A DNA stretch of 52,220 nt, from the sequence record SRR31156797_3202; one strand, given 5' to 3'. The number at the start of each line of letters is the position of its first letter. Positions within the stretch are counted from its first letter, which is position 1. Position numbers and translations under genes: made by a program. Of the stretch, positions 40,445-52,161 are shown in pieces. The notes beneath the pieces were generated by a model. It saw nothing but the letters and a program-made list of their open reading frames with translations, was not told where the DNA came from and did not search any database.

Positions 40445-41449
40445 CTATTTTGAGTAAAACGTTTTGTACCAATCAACAAAATTGGCGACACCTCTTTCTA
40501 CGTCCACTTGAGGTTTATACTGCGTGATATTAAACAGGTCTTCAGTATCTGCGTAGGTAATATACACATCTCCGGGCTGCATAGGTAACATGTTTTTGTT
40601 CGCTTCCACACCCAATGCTTTTTCTAATGCTTGAACAAAATCCATCAATTTCACCGGGCTACCGTGACCAATGTTATAGACTCGATAAGGTGCAGAGCTA
40701 GTGGCAGGTGTCCCTTGTTCAACGCTCCAATCGTTATTAGGTCCAGGGATTACGTCTTTAATCCGCATAACTCCTTCAACAATGTCATCAATGTAAGTGA
40801 AATCTCGCTGCATATCGCCTTGATTATAGATGTCGATAGACTCGCCGCTGATAATTGCTTTAGTAAACTTGAATAGAGCCATATCTGGGCGTCCCCAAGG
40901 ACCATACACCGTAAAGAAACGTAAGCCCGTTGTTGGAATGCCATAAAGGTGAGAATAGGTGTGCGCCATCAACTCATTAGATTTCTTCGTTGCTGCGTAT
41001 AGAGATATTGGATGATCAACACTATCTGAGGTTTCAAAAGGGGTTTTACGGTTCAAACCGTACACCGAGCTTGAAGAGGCATACACCAAGTGCTTCACCT
41101 TGTTGTGGCGGCAGCCTTCTAAAATGGTCAAATGCCCTATCAAATTACTGTCAGCATACGCCATAGGGTTATCGATTGAATAACGAACCCCGGCTTGAGC
41201 AGCCAAGTGAATGACCTTATCAAATTGCTCTGCGGCAAAAAGATCGGAAACCGCCTCTCTATCAGCAATATCCATTTCTATAAATGAGAAATTTTCGTGA
41301 GCCGCCCGATCCAAACGAGCATCTTTCAGTGCCACATCATAGTAATCATTGAGATTATCGATCCCGACAACTTCGTGTCTTTCGGCGCAAAGGCGTTCTA
41401 CAACTGCTGAACCAATAAATCCAGCCGCCCCAGTAACTAAGTATTTCAT
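40445..41449 (-). CDS. UDP-glucuronate 4-epimerase-type NAD-dependent epimerase
   Basis: TGAAGFIG, HLAAQAGVRYS, ASSSSVYG, YAATKKSNELMAHTY, RFFTVYGPWGRPDMA, MQPGDV. Confidence 0.9.
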   Translation of the reverse strand: MKYLVTGAAGFIGSAVVERLCAERHEVVGIDNLNDYYDVALKDARLDRAAHENFSFIEMDIADREAVSDLFAAEQFDKVIHLAAQAGVRYSIDNPMAYADSNLIGHLTILEGCRHNKVKHLVYASSSSVYGLNRKTPFETSDSVDHPISLYAATKKSNELMAHTYSHLYGIPTTGLRFFTVYGPWGRPDMALFKFTKAIISGESIDIYNQGDMQRDFTYIDDIVEGVMRIKDVIPGPNNDWSVEQGTPATSSAPYRVYNIGHGSPVKLMDFVQALEKALGVEANKNMLPMQPGDVYITYADTEDLFNITQYKPQVDVERGVANFVDWYKTFYSK

Positions 41450-41498
41450 CCATGTACTCTCAGAATTAACTGATTAAAATATATACCATATTTTAATG

Positions 41499-42320
41499 TT
41501 ATTCTGATTGTAATGGCTGACACTCTTGGCAGAAGAAGGTGTTTCTTTGCCCTATTTTCATTTCTGAGATAGGTGAACCACAAAGAGGGCACTTTTGCTT
41601 TGCTTTACCATACACTTGTAACTCTTGAGCAAAGTAGCCAGGTTTGCCATCCGCTTGAGCAAAATCTTTCAGCGTTGTTCCGCCTTGAGCGATCGCGATA
41701 CTCAGCACTGACTTAATGTCTGCCACCAGCGTTTTCCAGTCATCCAAAGTTAACGAGTTAGCAGGTCGTTGTGGGTGAATTCGAGAGCTGAACAAAGATT
41801 CATTCGCGTAGATATTCCCTACTCCAACAACAACTTTGTTGTCCATAATAAACTGCTTTACCGCAACGCGTTTGTTGTTAGCTTTTTCATCAATGTACTC
41901 CGCACTAAACGCATCGGTTAACGGCTCTGGTCCAATATTGGCTAATACAGCATGAGATTCCCCAGCAGGGCACCATAGCCAGCACCCAAAGCGACGCGGA
42001 TCGTTGTAGCGTAACACCTTACCATTCTCTAAAGTCAGATCCACATGATCGTGTTTCCCTTCAGAAATAAAACCATCAAGCACCCGCAGTGAACCCGACA
42101 TACCCAAGTGCACAATCGCTGAGCCTTTATCGGTTTCGATCAATAGATATTTGGCTCGCCTAGAGATAGAGCGTATCACTAACCCTTCCATCTGCTTTAG
42201 CTCAGCAGGAATATCCCAACGCAGCTTCGGTGTGCGAAAAACAATCGACTTCACCTTTTGCCCCACAAGGTGAGGTGAGATCCCCATCCGGCTAACTTCT
42301 ACTTCTGGTAGCTCTGGCAT
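41499..42320 (-). CDS. mutM: Formamidopyrimidine-DNA glycosylase
   Basis: [24 protein letters not shown]-terminal C4 zinc finger. Confidence 0.97.
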   Translation of the reverse strand: MPELPEVEVSRMGISPHLVGQKVKSIVFRTPKLRWDIPAELKQMEGLVIRSISRRAKYLLIETDKGSAIVHLGMSGSLRVLDGFISEGKHDHVDLTLENGKVLRYNDPRRFGCWLWCPAGESHAVLANIGPEPLTDAFSAEYIDEKANNKRVAVKQFIMDNKVVVGVGNIYANESLFSSRIHPQRPANSLTLDDWKTLVADIKSVLSIAIAQGGTTLKDFAQADGKPGYFAQELQVYGKAKQKCPLCGSPISEMKIGQRNTFFCQECQPLQSE

Positions 42321-42353
42321 AACATTCCCTAACTAAAATATTGAAAACTGATA

Positions 42354-42833
42354 TTAATCACTCGGCAATAAGTAATCTTTTTCCACTGAGACCGCTATCC
42401 ACTTCTCTTGCCAGTTCTTAAACAACCAAAAACGTGGCGTTTGATAAAAAGTGACCCTCTGCGGCTCTTCACGATCGGCATACCATACTTCAACAGTTTG
42501 AGGCGTGCGCAGGATAGGTTGGAAAGATTGATAAGTTTCTTCATCCACCTCAGTACCCACAAGCGCTTTCCACCGCCCGACAAGCTCTTCAGGAGCCACA
42601 TTGATCGGAGGCGTGGCTCTCCAACGTCCTTGGTTTTTTTCTAGTGACAGTTCAGGAAAGTGTAGCGCTTGTAATTCCCATTGCGGATTCAACAAAGTAG
42701 GGAATGTAGAGATTGGCGATTCGATCAAATAGCTTTTAATCACCGTGGGTAAGTTCAACACCCCGATAAATAGAATGACCGCAAGAATGAGAAGATTATT
42801 CCACCGACGACGGCGACTGGGAGAAACACGCAT
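42354..42833 (-). CDS. Hypothetical membrane-anchored protein between rpmG and mutM
   Basis: 159 aa ORF with basic N-terminus and one TM (WNNLLILAVILFIGVLNLP). RBS AAGGA upstream. Confidence 0.75.
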   Translation of the reverse strand: MRVSPSRRRRWNNLLILAVILFIGVLNLPTVIKSYLIESPISTFPTLLNPQWELQALHFPELSLEKNQGRWRATPPINVAPEELVGRWKALVGTEVDEETYQSFQPILRTPQTVEVWYADREEPQRVTFYQTPRFWLFKNWQEKWIAVSVEKDYLLPSD

Positions 42834-42940
42834 GGAGCTATCCTTATGAGCCTAAAAAGCGTGAATGTAGATTAACAGGAAGAAAAATCAGATCCTAGTC
42901 AGGAACTGAATAACAGTGATTCGATAAGAAGCTAGAACCC

Positions 42941-42978
42941 AAAAAAGAAAAAACCCAACCATATAGGCTGGGTTTTCT
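42941..42978 (-). terminator. Intrinsic terminator after rpmG
   Basis: Minus strand AAAACCCAGCC-TATAT-GGTTGGGTTTT followed by a T-rich tract. Confidence 0.75.
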
Positions 42979-43002
42979 TACTACTTACAAGAAGGAAATC
43001 AA

Positions 43003-43170
43003 TTACTTGATTTTAGCTTCTTTGTACACAACGTGTTGGCGAACTACTGGATCAAACTTTTTGATCTCGAATTTGCCTGGCATGTTGCGCTTGTTTTTGT
43101 CAGTAGTGTAGAAGTGACCAGTACCAGCAGATGATACTAGACGAATTTTCTCACGAATGCCTTTAGCCAT
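43003..43170 (-). CDS. rpmG: 50S ribosomal protein L33 (not in the supplied ORF track)
   Basis: Translated manually: [55 protein letters not shown]. Confidence 0.97.
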   Translation of the reverse strand: MAKGIREKIRLVSSAGTGHFYTTDKNKRNMPGKFEIKKFDPVVRQHVVYKEAKIK

Positions 43171-43183
43171 TGCTCAATTCCTC

Positions 43184-43420
43184 TTAAACGTTTTCGCCAC
43201 GTGCACGGATGTCAACAAGAACAGCATCGATGCCTTTCTTGTCGATAATACGCATGCCTTTAGCAGTTAGACGTAGTTTAACAAAACGTTTTTCGCTCTC
43301 TACCCAGAAACGATGAGTTTGTAGGTTCGGCAGAAAACGACGCTTAGTAGCATTTCGTGCGTGTGAACGGTTGTTACCCGTTACTGGACGCTTACCAGTT
43401 ACTTGGCATACTCGGGACAT
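43184..43420 (-). CDS. rpmB: 50S ribosomal protein L28
   Basis: [33 protein letters not shown]. Confidence 0.98.
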   Translation of the reverse strand: MSRVCQVTGKRPVTGNNRSHARNATKRRFLPNLQTHRFWVESEKRFVKLRLTAKGMRIIDKKGIDAVLVDIRARGENV

Positions 43421-43922
43421 GAATGTCTTCTCCAAATCGTTTCAGCTCGATATCAACCTTGCTGGCTGAACCTCTTATCATTCAATAATGAATGGAGGTA
43501 AAAACCGCTATGGAAAATCCACACAAGGCTATCAAAGGTCGCGCATTATACTAACTTGATATCCATTGCTCAAGACCCGAACAGATCCTTTTTGCAGGAT
43601 TAGCTGATCTTTTTTCTCTGGCGAGCTGAATTAGTGTCAAAAAATGTGTGCGAATCATACCAGAAAACGACAGAAAGCTAAGCATTTTTTACGCATTAAG
43701 ACGAATTCATAACCAAGATAGTGAAAAGGAAGATGATAAAAACGCTGAACACCCTCCCAATGTCATTGTATTTTCTAGATTGTTTGAAATTTAAACGCAA
43801 AAAATAACGAACGGAGTAAGGGTAATTTTGATAAAAATAGTCCGGGAAAATCATCAATACGACTTAAACAAACTGTGATTTAGTGGTGCAGATCCTTTTA
43901 AAACAGCAGATAAGGAAAATAT

Positions 43923-44597
43923 TTATATCCACCCTCTTTGAGAAAAAGAGACAATTTCTCCATCTCCAACAACAAAGTGGTCCAATACCCGGATATCAAC
44001 CAGTGCAAGAGCATCTGACAAACGTCGAGTGATCCTTCTATCGGATTGACTCGGCTCTGCCACCCCCGACGGGTGATTATGCGCCAAAATTAATGCAGCA
44101 GCATTGTGGTGGAGTGCTCTCTTCACAACTTCTCTGGGGTAAACGCTGGCAGCATCGATTGTTCCTTCAAATAAAATTTCATCCCGAATCACTCGATTCT
44201 GATTATCAAGGAACAGGATATAGAACGCCTCTCTTTGCCTATCTCTTAGCACACTCGATAAATAGAGCTGCGTCTGTTGAGGGCTAGTCAGCGCATCGCC
44301 ACGCTTTAGCGTCTCGGCCAAAAAGCGCTGGGTGATCTCCAGTGAAGCCTGCAGTTGAACGTATTTTGCTTCACCCAGCCCTTTATGCTGGCAAAAATGA
44401 TCTTTGTTGGAAGAGAACAAGGCTCGTAACGAACCAAACTCCTTAATCAGGAAATCGGCTAACTCGATAACATTCATGCCTTGAGTGCCGGTTCTCAACA
44501 ATATCGCCAGCAACTCAGCATCGGAAAGCGATTGTGGACCACGAGAAAGTAACTTCTCACGAGGCATTGAATCATTGGGAAGAAATTTACGCTTCAT
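43923..44597 (-). CDS. radC: RadC/YicR JAB-domain protein
   Basis: [46 protein letters not shown]. Confidence 0.95.
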   Translation of the reverse strand: MKRKFLPNDSMPREKLLSRGPQSLSDAELLAILLRTGTQGMNVIELADFLIKEFGSLRALFSSNKDHFCQHKGLGEAKYVQLQASLEITQRFLAETLKRGDALTSPQQTQLYLSSVLRDRQREAFYILFLDNQNRVIRDEILFEGTIDAASVYPREVVKRALHHNAAALILAHNHPSGVAEPSQSDRRITRRLSDALALVDIRVLDHFVVGDGEIVSFSQRGWI

Positions 44598-44630
44598 ATT
44601 CGCTCCTGTATGTTTGACATACAGAAACGA

Positions 44631-44668
44631 AAAAATCCTCAAGGCCGCAAGTGGCTTTGAGGATTTTT
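44631..44668. terminator. Intrinsic terminator downstream of the MCP gene
   Basis: AAAAATCCTCAAGGCC-GCAAGT-GGCTTTGAGGATTTTT. Confidence 0.75.
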
Positions 44669-44705
44669 AGACAAGTTTCAGTATTAAGTGAAATTTAAGT
44701 GTTGA

Positions 44706-46385
44706 TTAAACCTTAAAGTGACCAACCAAGCTTCCCACTTTTTCACCAGACTGAGTGAGCCGATTACTGATCGATTCTGAGTAGCGTAAGTTTTCACTTA
44801 ACTCATTCACAATATGCTGAATGGTCACTAAGTTTTGGTTAATCTCTTCAGATACCACACTTTGCTGCTCTGCCGCTGATGCAGTTTGAGTGCCCATATC
44901 CTGAATCATCGCCACCGCTTCCGAAATGCCAGAAAGCGTTTCTTTGATTTGAACAGACTCCATGGCCGTCTTCTCACCGCGCTCCTGGCTGACGCTCATA
45001 CTGCTTACCGCTTTGCTTACACCTTGATGCAATGCATCCAGCATATCACTGATTTCTTTGGTGCTGTTCTGGGTACGGCTCGCTAAAGAACGAACTTCAT
45101 CAGCAACGACGGCGAAACCACGGCCTTGCTCGCCAGCGCGTGCCGCTTCAATCGCAGCATTGAGAGCCAGTAAGTTGGTTTGATCTGCGATATCACCGAT
45201 CACTTTCAGAACCTGTGTAATTTGCCCGGTCTGCTGACTGAGTTCCTGAATCGCATCCGACGTAATATCGACTTCGTTAACCAGAGCGCCAATACCTTCA
45301 ATGGCTACGTTGACTTCTCTTTGTGCTTCGATAATCTGCTGGTTGGCAGATTCAATCGCCTGAGCCGTTGAGTTAGTGTTGTTTGCTACTTCTCTTGCCG
45401 TTGCGCTCATTTCTGTCACAGCGGTGACCACTTTATCGGTTTCCAAACAGTGATCGTTCATCTGCTGGCTGGATTTCGAGGTCTGCTTATCCAGCTCTAG
45501 CGCCGCATTACTCACTTCATCAGCAGAAAGACGAATGTCTGCAATCATAGGGTGTAGCTTATCCATAAAGTCATTGAAAGCAGAAGCAACCTCGCCCACT
45601 TCATCACGGCTTTCTACTTTTAAACGCGCAGTTAAATCTCCACCACCCGCGGCAACATCTTTTAATGACACAACAATATGTTGCAGAGGTGCTACTCCTC
45701 GGGCCACCAGCAAGCTCACAATAATGCCCGTAATGACCAATCCAAGAAATGACAAACCCACTGCAATAACCGTTTGGTCATGCAGAACCGTTAATCGCTG
45801 CTTTTCAAACTCGGCAACCTGAACATCAATATCATCAATATAAATTCCAGTACCTAATACCCAATCCCATTTAGGTAGGTACTCTGCATAACCCAGTTTC
45901 GGTGCTTGCGCTTTGATAGAAGGTTTCATCCACGAGAAATAGAGGAAGCCATCACCCGTTTTTGCCGCATCAATTAACCCGGCAATAACAGGCACGCCAT
46001 TATCATCTTTTAAGCCATACAGGTTTTTACCTTCCAGCGCAGGATTCATTGCATGCAAGGTATTCACACCTTTGGAATCATACGCGAAAAAGTATCCATC
46101 ACTTTCAAAACGCATCGATTTTAAAATGTCTTTGGCTAATGCTTTATTTTGTTCGCTGTTATCAGCCTCATAAAGGGACTTAACCGAAGTCACCCCCATC
46201 ATCAGATAAGCTTTCAACTCCTGCTTACGACTATCAACTAACTGCTCACGATATTGGACCAATTCTTGTTGTAAACTGTTCTTCCCTATCCAGTAGTACA
46301 CCACAGAACTGGCGGCGGTTATGACTACCAACGGAATAACCGTTAATAGTAGTAACTTGGTACGACTTCTAATAGAACGTAACAT
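44706..46385 (-). CDS. Methyl-accepting chemotaxis protein with sCache_2 sensor domain
   Basis: Two TMs, GYFFAYD...[17 protein letters not shown] domain, [31 protein letters not shown]. Confidence 0.95.
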   Translation of the reverse strand: MLRSIRSRTKLLLLTVIPLVVITAASSVVYYWIGKNSLQQELVQYREQLVDSRKQELKAYLMMGVTSVKSLYEADNSEQNKALAKDILKSMRFESDGYFFAYDSKGVNTLHAMNPALEGKNLYGLKDDNGVPVIAGLIDAAKTGDGFLYFSWMKPSIKAQAPKLGYAEYLPKWDWVLGTGIYIDDIDVQVAEFEKQRLTVLHDQTVIAVGLSFLGLVITGIIVSLLVARGVAPLQHIVVSLKDVAAGGGDLTARLKVESRDEVGEVASAFNDFMDKLHPMIADIRLSADEVSNAALELDKQTSKSSQQMNDHCLETDKVVTAVTEMSATAREVANNTNSTAQAIESANQQIIEAQREVNVAIEGIGALVNEVDITSDAIQELSQQTGQITQVLKVIGDIADQTNLLALNAAIEAARAGEQGRGFAVVADEVRSLASRTQNSTKEISDMLDALHQGVSKAVSSMSVSQERGEKTAMESVQIKETLSGISEAVAMIQDMGTQTASAAEQQSVVSEEINQNLVTIQHIVNELSENLRYSESISNRLTQSGEKVGSLVGHFKV

Positions 46386-46587
46386 AAATGGCTCCAATGC
46401 TAATATATTGGCTTTATTAATATACTTAATATTATCGTCTGATAGTAATGCGATCCAAAAGGGTATTTCCCTAAATTGTTGGTGTTATCTCATATATTTA
46501 AGTAGTGCAAATACTCAATTTGACACTGCTCATACATATTTAGGGAGTTGTGCTAACATAGCCTGCAGAATTTTTGAGGAATCCCGA

Positions 46588-47787
46588 ATGCAAACTTTGG
46601 CAGGAAAAAAAATTCTGCTTGGTATTAGCGGTGGTATCGCCGCGTACAAATGCGCAGAATTGACAAGACGTCTTATTGAACGTGGTGCACAAGTGCAAGT
46701 CGTCATGACCGATGCAGCAAAAGAGTTTATTACACCTCTGACTATGCAAGCCGTGTCCGGCAATCCAGTCTCATACAGCTTACTCGACCCAAGTGCAGAA
46801 GCATCGATGAGCCATATCGAACTGGCGAAATGGGCAGATTTAGTACTTTTGGCTCCAGCAACCGCCGATCTCATTGCACGAATGGCTGCGGGTATGGGGA
46901 ATGACTTACTGACTACATTAGTTCTGGCCACAGATGCGCCAATTGCAGTGTCTCCAGCCATGAACCAGCAGATGTACAATAATCTTGCGACTCAAGAAAA
47001 TATCGCAACACTTGCTCGCCGTGGCGCGGAGATTTGGGGGCCTGCATCAGGTGAACAAGCGTGTGGCGATGTCGGTAAAGGCCGAATGCTGGAGCCAATG
47101 GATTTGGTTCACCATTGTGAAGCTTTCTTTGGCCCTAAACCACTTGAAGGTAAACGCGTACTGCTAACAGCAGGACCAACACGAGAAGCACTTGACCCCG
47201 TTCGTTATGTCACCAACCACAGTTCTGGAAAAATGGGCTTTGCGATTGCCGAAGCGGCTGCAAAAATGGGCGCACACGTTACGCTTGTTGCTGGGCCTGT
47301 TAGCCTCGCAACGCCTGCGTTGGTTGAGCGTATTAACGTCGAAAGTGCGGTAGATATGCATAATGCTGTCATGGCGTCAGCTTCCCAGCACGATGTCTTT
47401 ATTGCCTGTGCTGCCGTTGCTGATTATCGCCCTGAGTGCGTCGCAGAACAAAAAATCAAAAAGACGGGTGATAACGACACGTTAACCATCACCATGGTAA
47501 AAAACCCTGATATCGTCGCATCCGTTGCTGCAATGAAACAGAATCGACCATTTACTGTTGGCTTTGCAGCGGAGACACAAAACGTTGAACAGTATGCCCG
47601 AGGAAAACTAACCAATAAAAACCTCGATATGATCTGCGCCAACGATGTATCCGTTGCAGGCCAAGGTTTTAATAGTGATGACAATGCAGTAACCGTGTAT
47701 TGGCCACAAGGAGAGCAATCACTTCCGCTCGCAAGTAAAACGGAACTGGCTCGCTCTTTAATGTTATTAATTAATGAACAACTGTAG
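46588..47787 (+). CDS. coaBC: Phosphopantothenoylcysteine decarboxylase/ligase
   Basis: [57 protein letters not shown] precedes the ATG at 46588. Confidence 0.97.
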   Translation: MQTLAGKKILLGISGGIAAYKCAELTRRLIERGAQVQVVMTDAAKEFITPLTMQAVSGNPVSYSLLDPSAEASMSHIELAKWADLVLLAPATADLIARMAAGMGNDLLTTLVLATDAPIAVSPAMNQQMYNNLATQENIATLARRGAEIWGPASGEQACGDVGKGRMLEPMDLVHHCEAFFGPKPLEGKRVLLTAGPTREALDPVRYVTNHSSGKMGFAIAEAAAKMGAHVTLVAGPVSLATPALVERINVESAVDMHNAVMASASQHDVFIACAAVADYRPECVAEQKIKKTGDNDTLTITMVKNPDIVASVAAMKQNRPFTVGFAAETQNVEQYARGKLTNKNLDMICANDVSVAGQGFNSDDNAVTVYWPQGEQSLPLASKTELARSLMLLINEQL

Positions 47788-47902
47788 GTAGCTTTCGCCG
47801 TCTACTTTTCTAATTTTGATCTCACTAGCAAGAGAGGGTGTCTATTCCTCGCTAACCGTCTCTTTGCTATTAACAGTGATAACCAGAAGGAAAATACGGG
47901 TT

Positions 47903-48493
47903 ATGGCCGGCAATAAAAAATCTAACCGCCGCGAAGAAATTCTCCAAGCTTTGGCTGAGATGCTAGAGTCTAATGAAGGAGCCTCACGCATTACAACCGC
48001 AAAGCTTGCGAAGCAAGTTGGTGTATCCGAAGCCGCTTTGTATCGCCACTTCCCAAGCAAAGCCCGTATGTTTGAAGGGCTCATCGAGTTTATCGAAGAA
48101 TCATTAATGTCTCGTATTAACCGAATCATTAATGAAGAGAAAGATACCCTCAACCGAATTCGACTCGTGTTGCAGCTAATCTTGGTTTTTTCAGAACGTA
48201 ACCCTGGCCTGACACGAATTCTATCTGGGCATGCTTTAATGTTTGAAAATGAACGCTTACGCGATCGAATCAACCAGCTATTTGAACGCATTGAAACTTC
48301 TTTACGCCAAATACTGCGCGAGCGTAAAATTCGCGAAGGCAAGTCATTCCCAGTTGACGAAAGTATTTTATCCGCCCAGTTACTTGGCCAAGTTGAAGGC
48401 AGTCTGAACCGTTTTGTGCGTTCTGACTTTAAATATCAGCCAACGGCTAACTTTGAAGAGTACTGGGCACTACTCAGCGCACAAATAAAGTAA
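47903..48493 (+). CDS. slmA: Nucleoid occlusion factor SlmA
   Basis: Tet[37 protein letters not shown]. Confidence 0.96.
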   Translation: MAGNKKSNRREEILQALAEMLESNEGASRITTAKLAKQVGVSEAALYRHFPSKARMFEGLIEFIEESLMSRINRIINEEKDTLNRIRLVLQLILVFSERNPGLTRILSGHALMFENERLRDRINQLFERIETSLRQILRERKIREGKSFPVDESILSAQLLGQVEGSLNRFVRSDFKYQPTANFEEYWALLSAQIK

Positions 48494-48497
48494 AACT

Positions 48498-49445
48498 ATG
48501 AGCACAAAAAGACCCGGTAAACCAGAATTTTCTCTATCACTGCTGCACCCTAAACATTGGGGAGTTTGGCTTGGATTTGGTTTGCTGGCATTAACGGTCA
48601 ATTTATTACCTTACCGCCTATTGTTAAAACTCGGTCACCGCATTGGGGCCTTTGGCATGCGCTTTGGTAAAAAACGCGTGGCTATCGCGAGAAGAAACTT
48701 AGAACTGGCTTTTCCTGATATGTCTCAGGAACATATTGAGAATATTGTCATTGAGAACTTCAAAAATACCGGGATGGCCCTAATAGAAACAGGTATCACC
48801 TGGTTTTGGCCGACGTGGCGCTTCAAACGTATTCTGGTGGAAAAAGACGTCGCCGTCATGCGTAAGCATGCCGAAAATGGTAAGGGCGTTTTACTCTGCT
48901 GCGTACACGCATTAAACCTAGAAATTACCGCGCGTGCTTTCGCAGTATTAGGGTTAGGCGGTTATGGGGCTTACCGTCCACACAGCAATCCTGCGTACGA
49001 GTTTATTCAATACCGAGGCCGCACTCGCAACGGCAACCAATTGATTTACCGTACCGATCTTAAAAAGATGATCCGTGTGCTTCGCCAAGGTGAACGTTTA
49101 TTTTATCTACCCGATCAGGACTATGGGCATAATAAATCCGTATTTGTGCCCTTTTTCGCGGTGGAGGAAGCTTGTACCACAACGGGTACCAGTATTCTGG
49201 CTTACACCAGTAAATGCGCCATCGTCCCGGGTTCCGGTTTTAGAAACGCACAAGGTAAATACGAAATAATCGCAGACCAGTCGATTGAAGAACACTATCC
49301 TCAAAAAGATGAAAAAGCCGCAGCTGCCTACATGAATAAGTTTGTAGAAGAGATTATACTGCGCGCCCCAGAACAGTGGATGTGGCTTCACAAGCGTTTT
49401 AAATCGCTGCCCGATGAAACCCAGACCAATGCTCGATATCTATAA
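48498..49445 (+). CDS. lpxL: Lipid A lauroyl acyltransferase (HtrB)
   Basis: LLHPKHWGVW, HALNLE (H-x4-E), YLPDQDYG, PEQWMWLHKRFK. Confidence 0.88.
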   Translation: MSTKRPGKPEFSLSLLHPKHWGVWLGFGLLALTVNLLPYRLLLKLGHRIGAFGMRFGKKRVAIARRNLELAFPDMSQEHIENIVIENFKNTGMALIETGITWFWPTWRFKRILVEKDVAVMRKHAENGKGVLLCCVHALNLEITARAFAVLGLGGYGAYRPHSNPAYEFIQYRGRTRNGNQLIYRTDLKKMIRVLRQGERLFYLPDQDYGHNKSVFVPFFAVEEACTTTGTSILAYTSKCAIVPGSGFRNAQGKYEIIADQSIEEHYPQKDEKAAAAYMNKFVEEIILRAPEQWMWLHKRFKSLPDETQTNARYL

Positions 49446-49463
49446 ATACAAAGGTTTTTTCTT

Positions 49464-50465
49464 GTGAGCGACAACGATAACAGCATCAAAAAATACTTAC
49501 ATAATCCAACGTTTGAGTGGTCATTCCTTCATCCTAAACATTGGGGTACTTGGATTGGTATCGCTTTCGCAGCTCTATTTGCGTTTATGCCTGTGACCTT
49601 TCGTGACGGATTAGCACGAAAATTGTCACGCTTTGCAATAAAGAAGAATGGCCGTGTCGTGCGTCGCGCGCGAGTCAACTTGGCCTACTGTTTTCCTGAG
49701 AAATCAGAACAAGAACGCCAGGAGATTCTCGAAGAAACATTCGTGAAAGCGGCTCAGTATATGCTCGGCTATTCCGAATTCTTGGCGCGTTCAACCAAGC
49801 ACAATCAAAACCGTGGCGTAATGATTGGGGAAGAGAATCTGTTACCACTACTCGATGCGGGTGAAAAAGTCATTATCCTTGCACCACATGCCTGGGCGGT
49901 GGATTACCCAGCAGTGATGCTGGCTGCGAAAGGTTACAAAGTGACAACCATTATGAAGCCGCAACGAAATCCTATCGGTGATTGGCTGATGCAGGTACAA
50001 CGCATGCAGTATGGTGGACGGATCTTTGCTCGGGATGCGGGGGTAAAGCCGTTTGTTCGCTCAATTAAAGATGGCTATTTAGGCTACTGGCTACCTGACG
50101 AAGATTTTGGTGCCGCCAACTCGGTATTTGTCCCCTTCTTCGGTACCGAAAAGGCAACATTAAAAGGCTTTGGTAAAATGGCTCGCCTGTCTAAGGCAAA
50201 AGTCGTTCCGGTTTTACCCGCATACAATGACAAGACTCAGAAATATGAAGTGCATATTTTGCCAGCACTAGAGAATTTCCCAAGCGGTGATGAAGAAACC
50301 GATGCACGTGCGATGAACAAAGCAATTGAAGATCTCCTTCGCCCGCACCCAGAACAGTACATGTGGCAGTTATCCTTGTTGAAAACGCGTCGTGATGGTA
50401 TTGGGATATATGACAACTCAGATCGCGGTGATGAAGAGAAACCGTTACCGCCAAGTCAAAACTAA
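49464..50465 (+). CDS. lpxM: Lipid A secondary acyltransferase (MsbB/LpxM; Vibrio LpxN-type)
   Basis: HAWAVD (H-x4-D), WLPDED, KATL, PEQYMWQL.LLKTR. Confidence 0.85.
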   Translation: MSDNDNSIKKYLHNPTFEWSFLHPKHWGTWIGIAFAALFAFMPVTFRDGLARKLSRFAIKKNGRVVRRARVNLAYCFPEKSEQERQEILEETFVKAAQYMLGYSEFLARSTKHNQNRGVMIGEENLLPLLDAGEKVIILAPHAWAVDYPAVMLAAKGYKVTTIMKPQRNPIGDWLMQVQRMQYGGRIFARDAGVKPFVRSIKDGYLGYWLPDEDFGAANSVFVPFFGTEKATLKGFGKMARLSKAKVVPVLPAYNDKTQKYEVHILPALENFPSGDEETDARAMNKAIEDLLRPHPEQYMWQLSLLKTRRDGIGIYDNSDRGDEEKPLPPSQN

Positions 50466-50489
50466 AAAAAGCCCCGCAAGGGGCTTTTT
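50464..50489. terminator. Bidirectional intrinsic terminator
   Basis: AAAAAAAGCCCC-GCAA-GGGGCTTTTT between convergent lpxM and pyrE. Confidence 0.9.
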
Positions 50490-50507
50490 GTCATCTAAAG
50501 ATAACAA

Positions 50508-51155
50508 TTAAGCACTGATACCATACTCGGCACGGTACGCTTTCACCGCTTCTAAATGCTCGCTGTTGGTCCCTTTTTCTTCAAGGTAAGTAATTAAGTC
50601 AGTCAGGCTAACAATTGAAACCACAGCACAACCAAAGTCACGCTCAACTTCCTGAATCGCTGAAAGCTCGCCTTTCCCTTTTTCTTGGCGGTCAATAGCA
50701 ACTAATACACCCGCTAAGTCAGCACCGTTCGCTTTAATGATTTCCATAGACTCACGAATTGCGGTACCTGCGGTAATCACATCATCCACCAGCATAATAC
50801 GACCTTCCAGTGCGCTACCCACCAGGTTGCCACCTTCACCGTGATCTTTCGCTTCTTTACGGTTAAAGCAGTATGGTGTATCCACTTCATGGTGATCAGC
50901 CAGAGCTACTGCTGTCGTAGTCGCAATTGGAATGCCTTTATATGCTGGGCCAAACAGCACATCGTAATCAATGCCTGAGTCCACTAAAGCTGCTGCATAA
51001 AAACGACCTAAGCGTGCTAAATCACGACCAGTGTTAAACAGACCAGCATTAAAAAAATATGGGCTCTTACGGCCTGATTTCAAAGTAAACTCACCAAATT
51101 TCAACACCTCTTTCTCAAGGGCAAACTCTATAAATTCACGCTGGTATGCTTTCAT
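50508..51155 (-). CDS. pyrE: Orotate phosphoribosyltransferase
   Basis: [42 protein letters not shown]. Confidence 0.98.
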   Translation of the reverse strand: MKAYQREFIEFALEKEVLKFGEFTLKSGRKSPYFFNAGLFNTGRDLARLGRFYAAALVDSGIDYDVLFGPAYKGIPIATTTAVALADHHEVDTPYCFNRKEAKDHGEGGNLVGSALEGRIMLVDDVITAGTAIRESMEIIKANGADLAGVLVAIDRQEKGKGELSAIQEVERDFGCAVVSIVSLTDLITYLEEKGTNSEHLEAVKAYRAEYGISA

Positions 51156-51188
51156 TTTTCTCTCTCTATCTTCTTTAGGGGCTGCTAA

Positions 51189-51295
51189 CTCAAAGGTGCT
51201 AGTACAAGGCAGCCAGCTAATTCGGCTTCGGGAGCTTACTCAAGTAAGTGACCGATACGAATTTGCGAAGCTAACACAGGAGTAGCGTCTTTGAG
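51189..51295. repeat. ERIC-like palindromic repeat
   Basis: Core GGAGCTTACTCAAGTAAGTGAC with AAGGCAGC and AAGCTAACACA arms as in ERIC. Outer stem CTCAAAGGTGCTA / TAGCGTCTTTGAG. Confidence 0.7.
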
Positions 51296-51312
51296 GACAC
51301 AGAAAAATCCAC

Positions 51313-51340
51313 AAAAAAATAGCTTCCTAATGGAAGCTAT
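51313..51340 (-). terminator. rph-pyrE attenuator-type terminator
   Basis: Minus strand ATAGCTTCC-ATTA-GGAAGCTAT followed by TTTTTT, 7 nt after the rph stop. Confidence 0.75.
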
Positions 51341-51347
51341 CATCAAA

Positions 51348-52064
51348 TCAATTAGCTAAAGCCGCCTTCTGGACTTCAACAATATCGGCAATGCCTTTCT
51401 GAGCAACGGCTAATAAATCCAGTAACTGTTCGTGGCTAAACGGTTCGCCTTCTGCGGTACCCTGCACTTCGATCATCTTACCTTCTTCTGTCATCACTAC
51501 GTTCATATCTGTATCAGCGGCTGAGTCTTCTACGTATTCAAGGTCACATAGAATGTCTTCACCTAAGATACCCACAGAAACGGCAGCAACATGGCCTTTC
51601 ATTGGGTTCTTCTTCAAACGACCATCCGCAACCAATTTTGCAAAAGCATCTGCCAGTGCCACACTTGCACCAGTAATAGAAGCAGTACGAGTACCACCGT
51701 CAGCCTGAATCACATCACAATCGACCGTGATCATTACTTCTGGCATAGCTTCTAAGTCCACAACTGCGCGTAAGCTACGGGCAATCAGGCGTTGAATTTC
51801 CATGGTACGGCCACCTTGTTTACCACTTGCGGCTTCACGACGAGTACGCGAGTGAGTCGCACGAGGTAACATACCGTATTCCGCTGTTACCCAGCCTTTA
51901 CCTTGACCTTTCAGCCAACGAGGCACACCTTCTTCAACACTGGCGTTACACAAAACTTTGGTATTACCAAATTCTACCAATACAGAACCTTCTGCATACG
52001 CAGTGTACTGACGAGTAATTTTAATTGGACGAACTTGATCTGCAGGACGGTTGTCTGGACGCAT
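51348..52064 (-). CDS. rph: Ribonuclease PH
   Basis: [49 protein letters not shown]. Confidence 0.98.
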   Translation of the reverse strand: MRPDNRPADQVRPIKITRQYTAYAEGSVLVEFGNTKVLCNASVEEGVPRWLKGQGKGWVTAEYGMLPRATHSRTRREAASGKQGGRTMEIQRLIARSLRAVVDLEAMPEVMITVDCDVIQADGGTRTASITGASVALADAFAKLVADGRLKKNPMKGHVAAVSVGILGEDILCDLEYVEDSAADTDMNVVMTEEGKMIEVQGTAEGEPFSHEQLLDLLAVAQKGIADIVEVQKAALAN

Positions 52065-52161
52065 AAGGTATCTACCTGTGTTGAGGAAACCAATCTTTAT
52101 AGTACTGTGGGTAACCGAAATTTATTGGGCGTGGATTATATAGGAAATCCCATCACGTTTA

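Noticed and set aside
43923-44597. radC as a sign of a mobile or defence element
   Set aside because: This is the full-length housekeeping copy upstream of rpmB-rpmG.
46321-46587. 89-codon N-terminal extension of coaBC in the ORF track
   Set aside because: Covers the divergent promoter region and the MCP start. The RBS and family N-terminus point to 46588.
47788-47902. No dut between coaBC and slmA; MCP gene between radC and coaBC
   Set aside because: Differs from E. coli but, as I recall, is the normal Vibrio arrangement.
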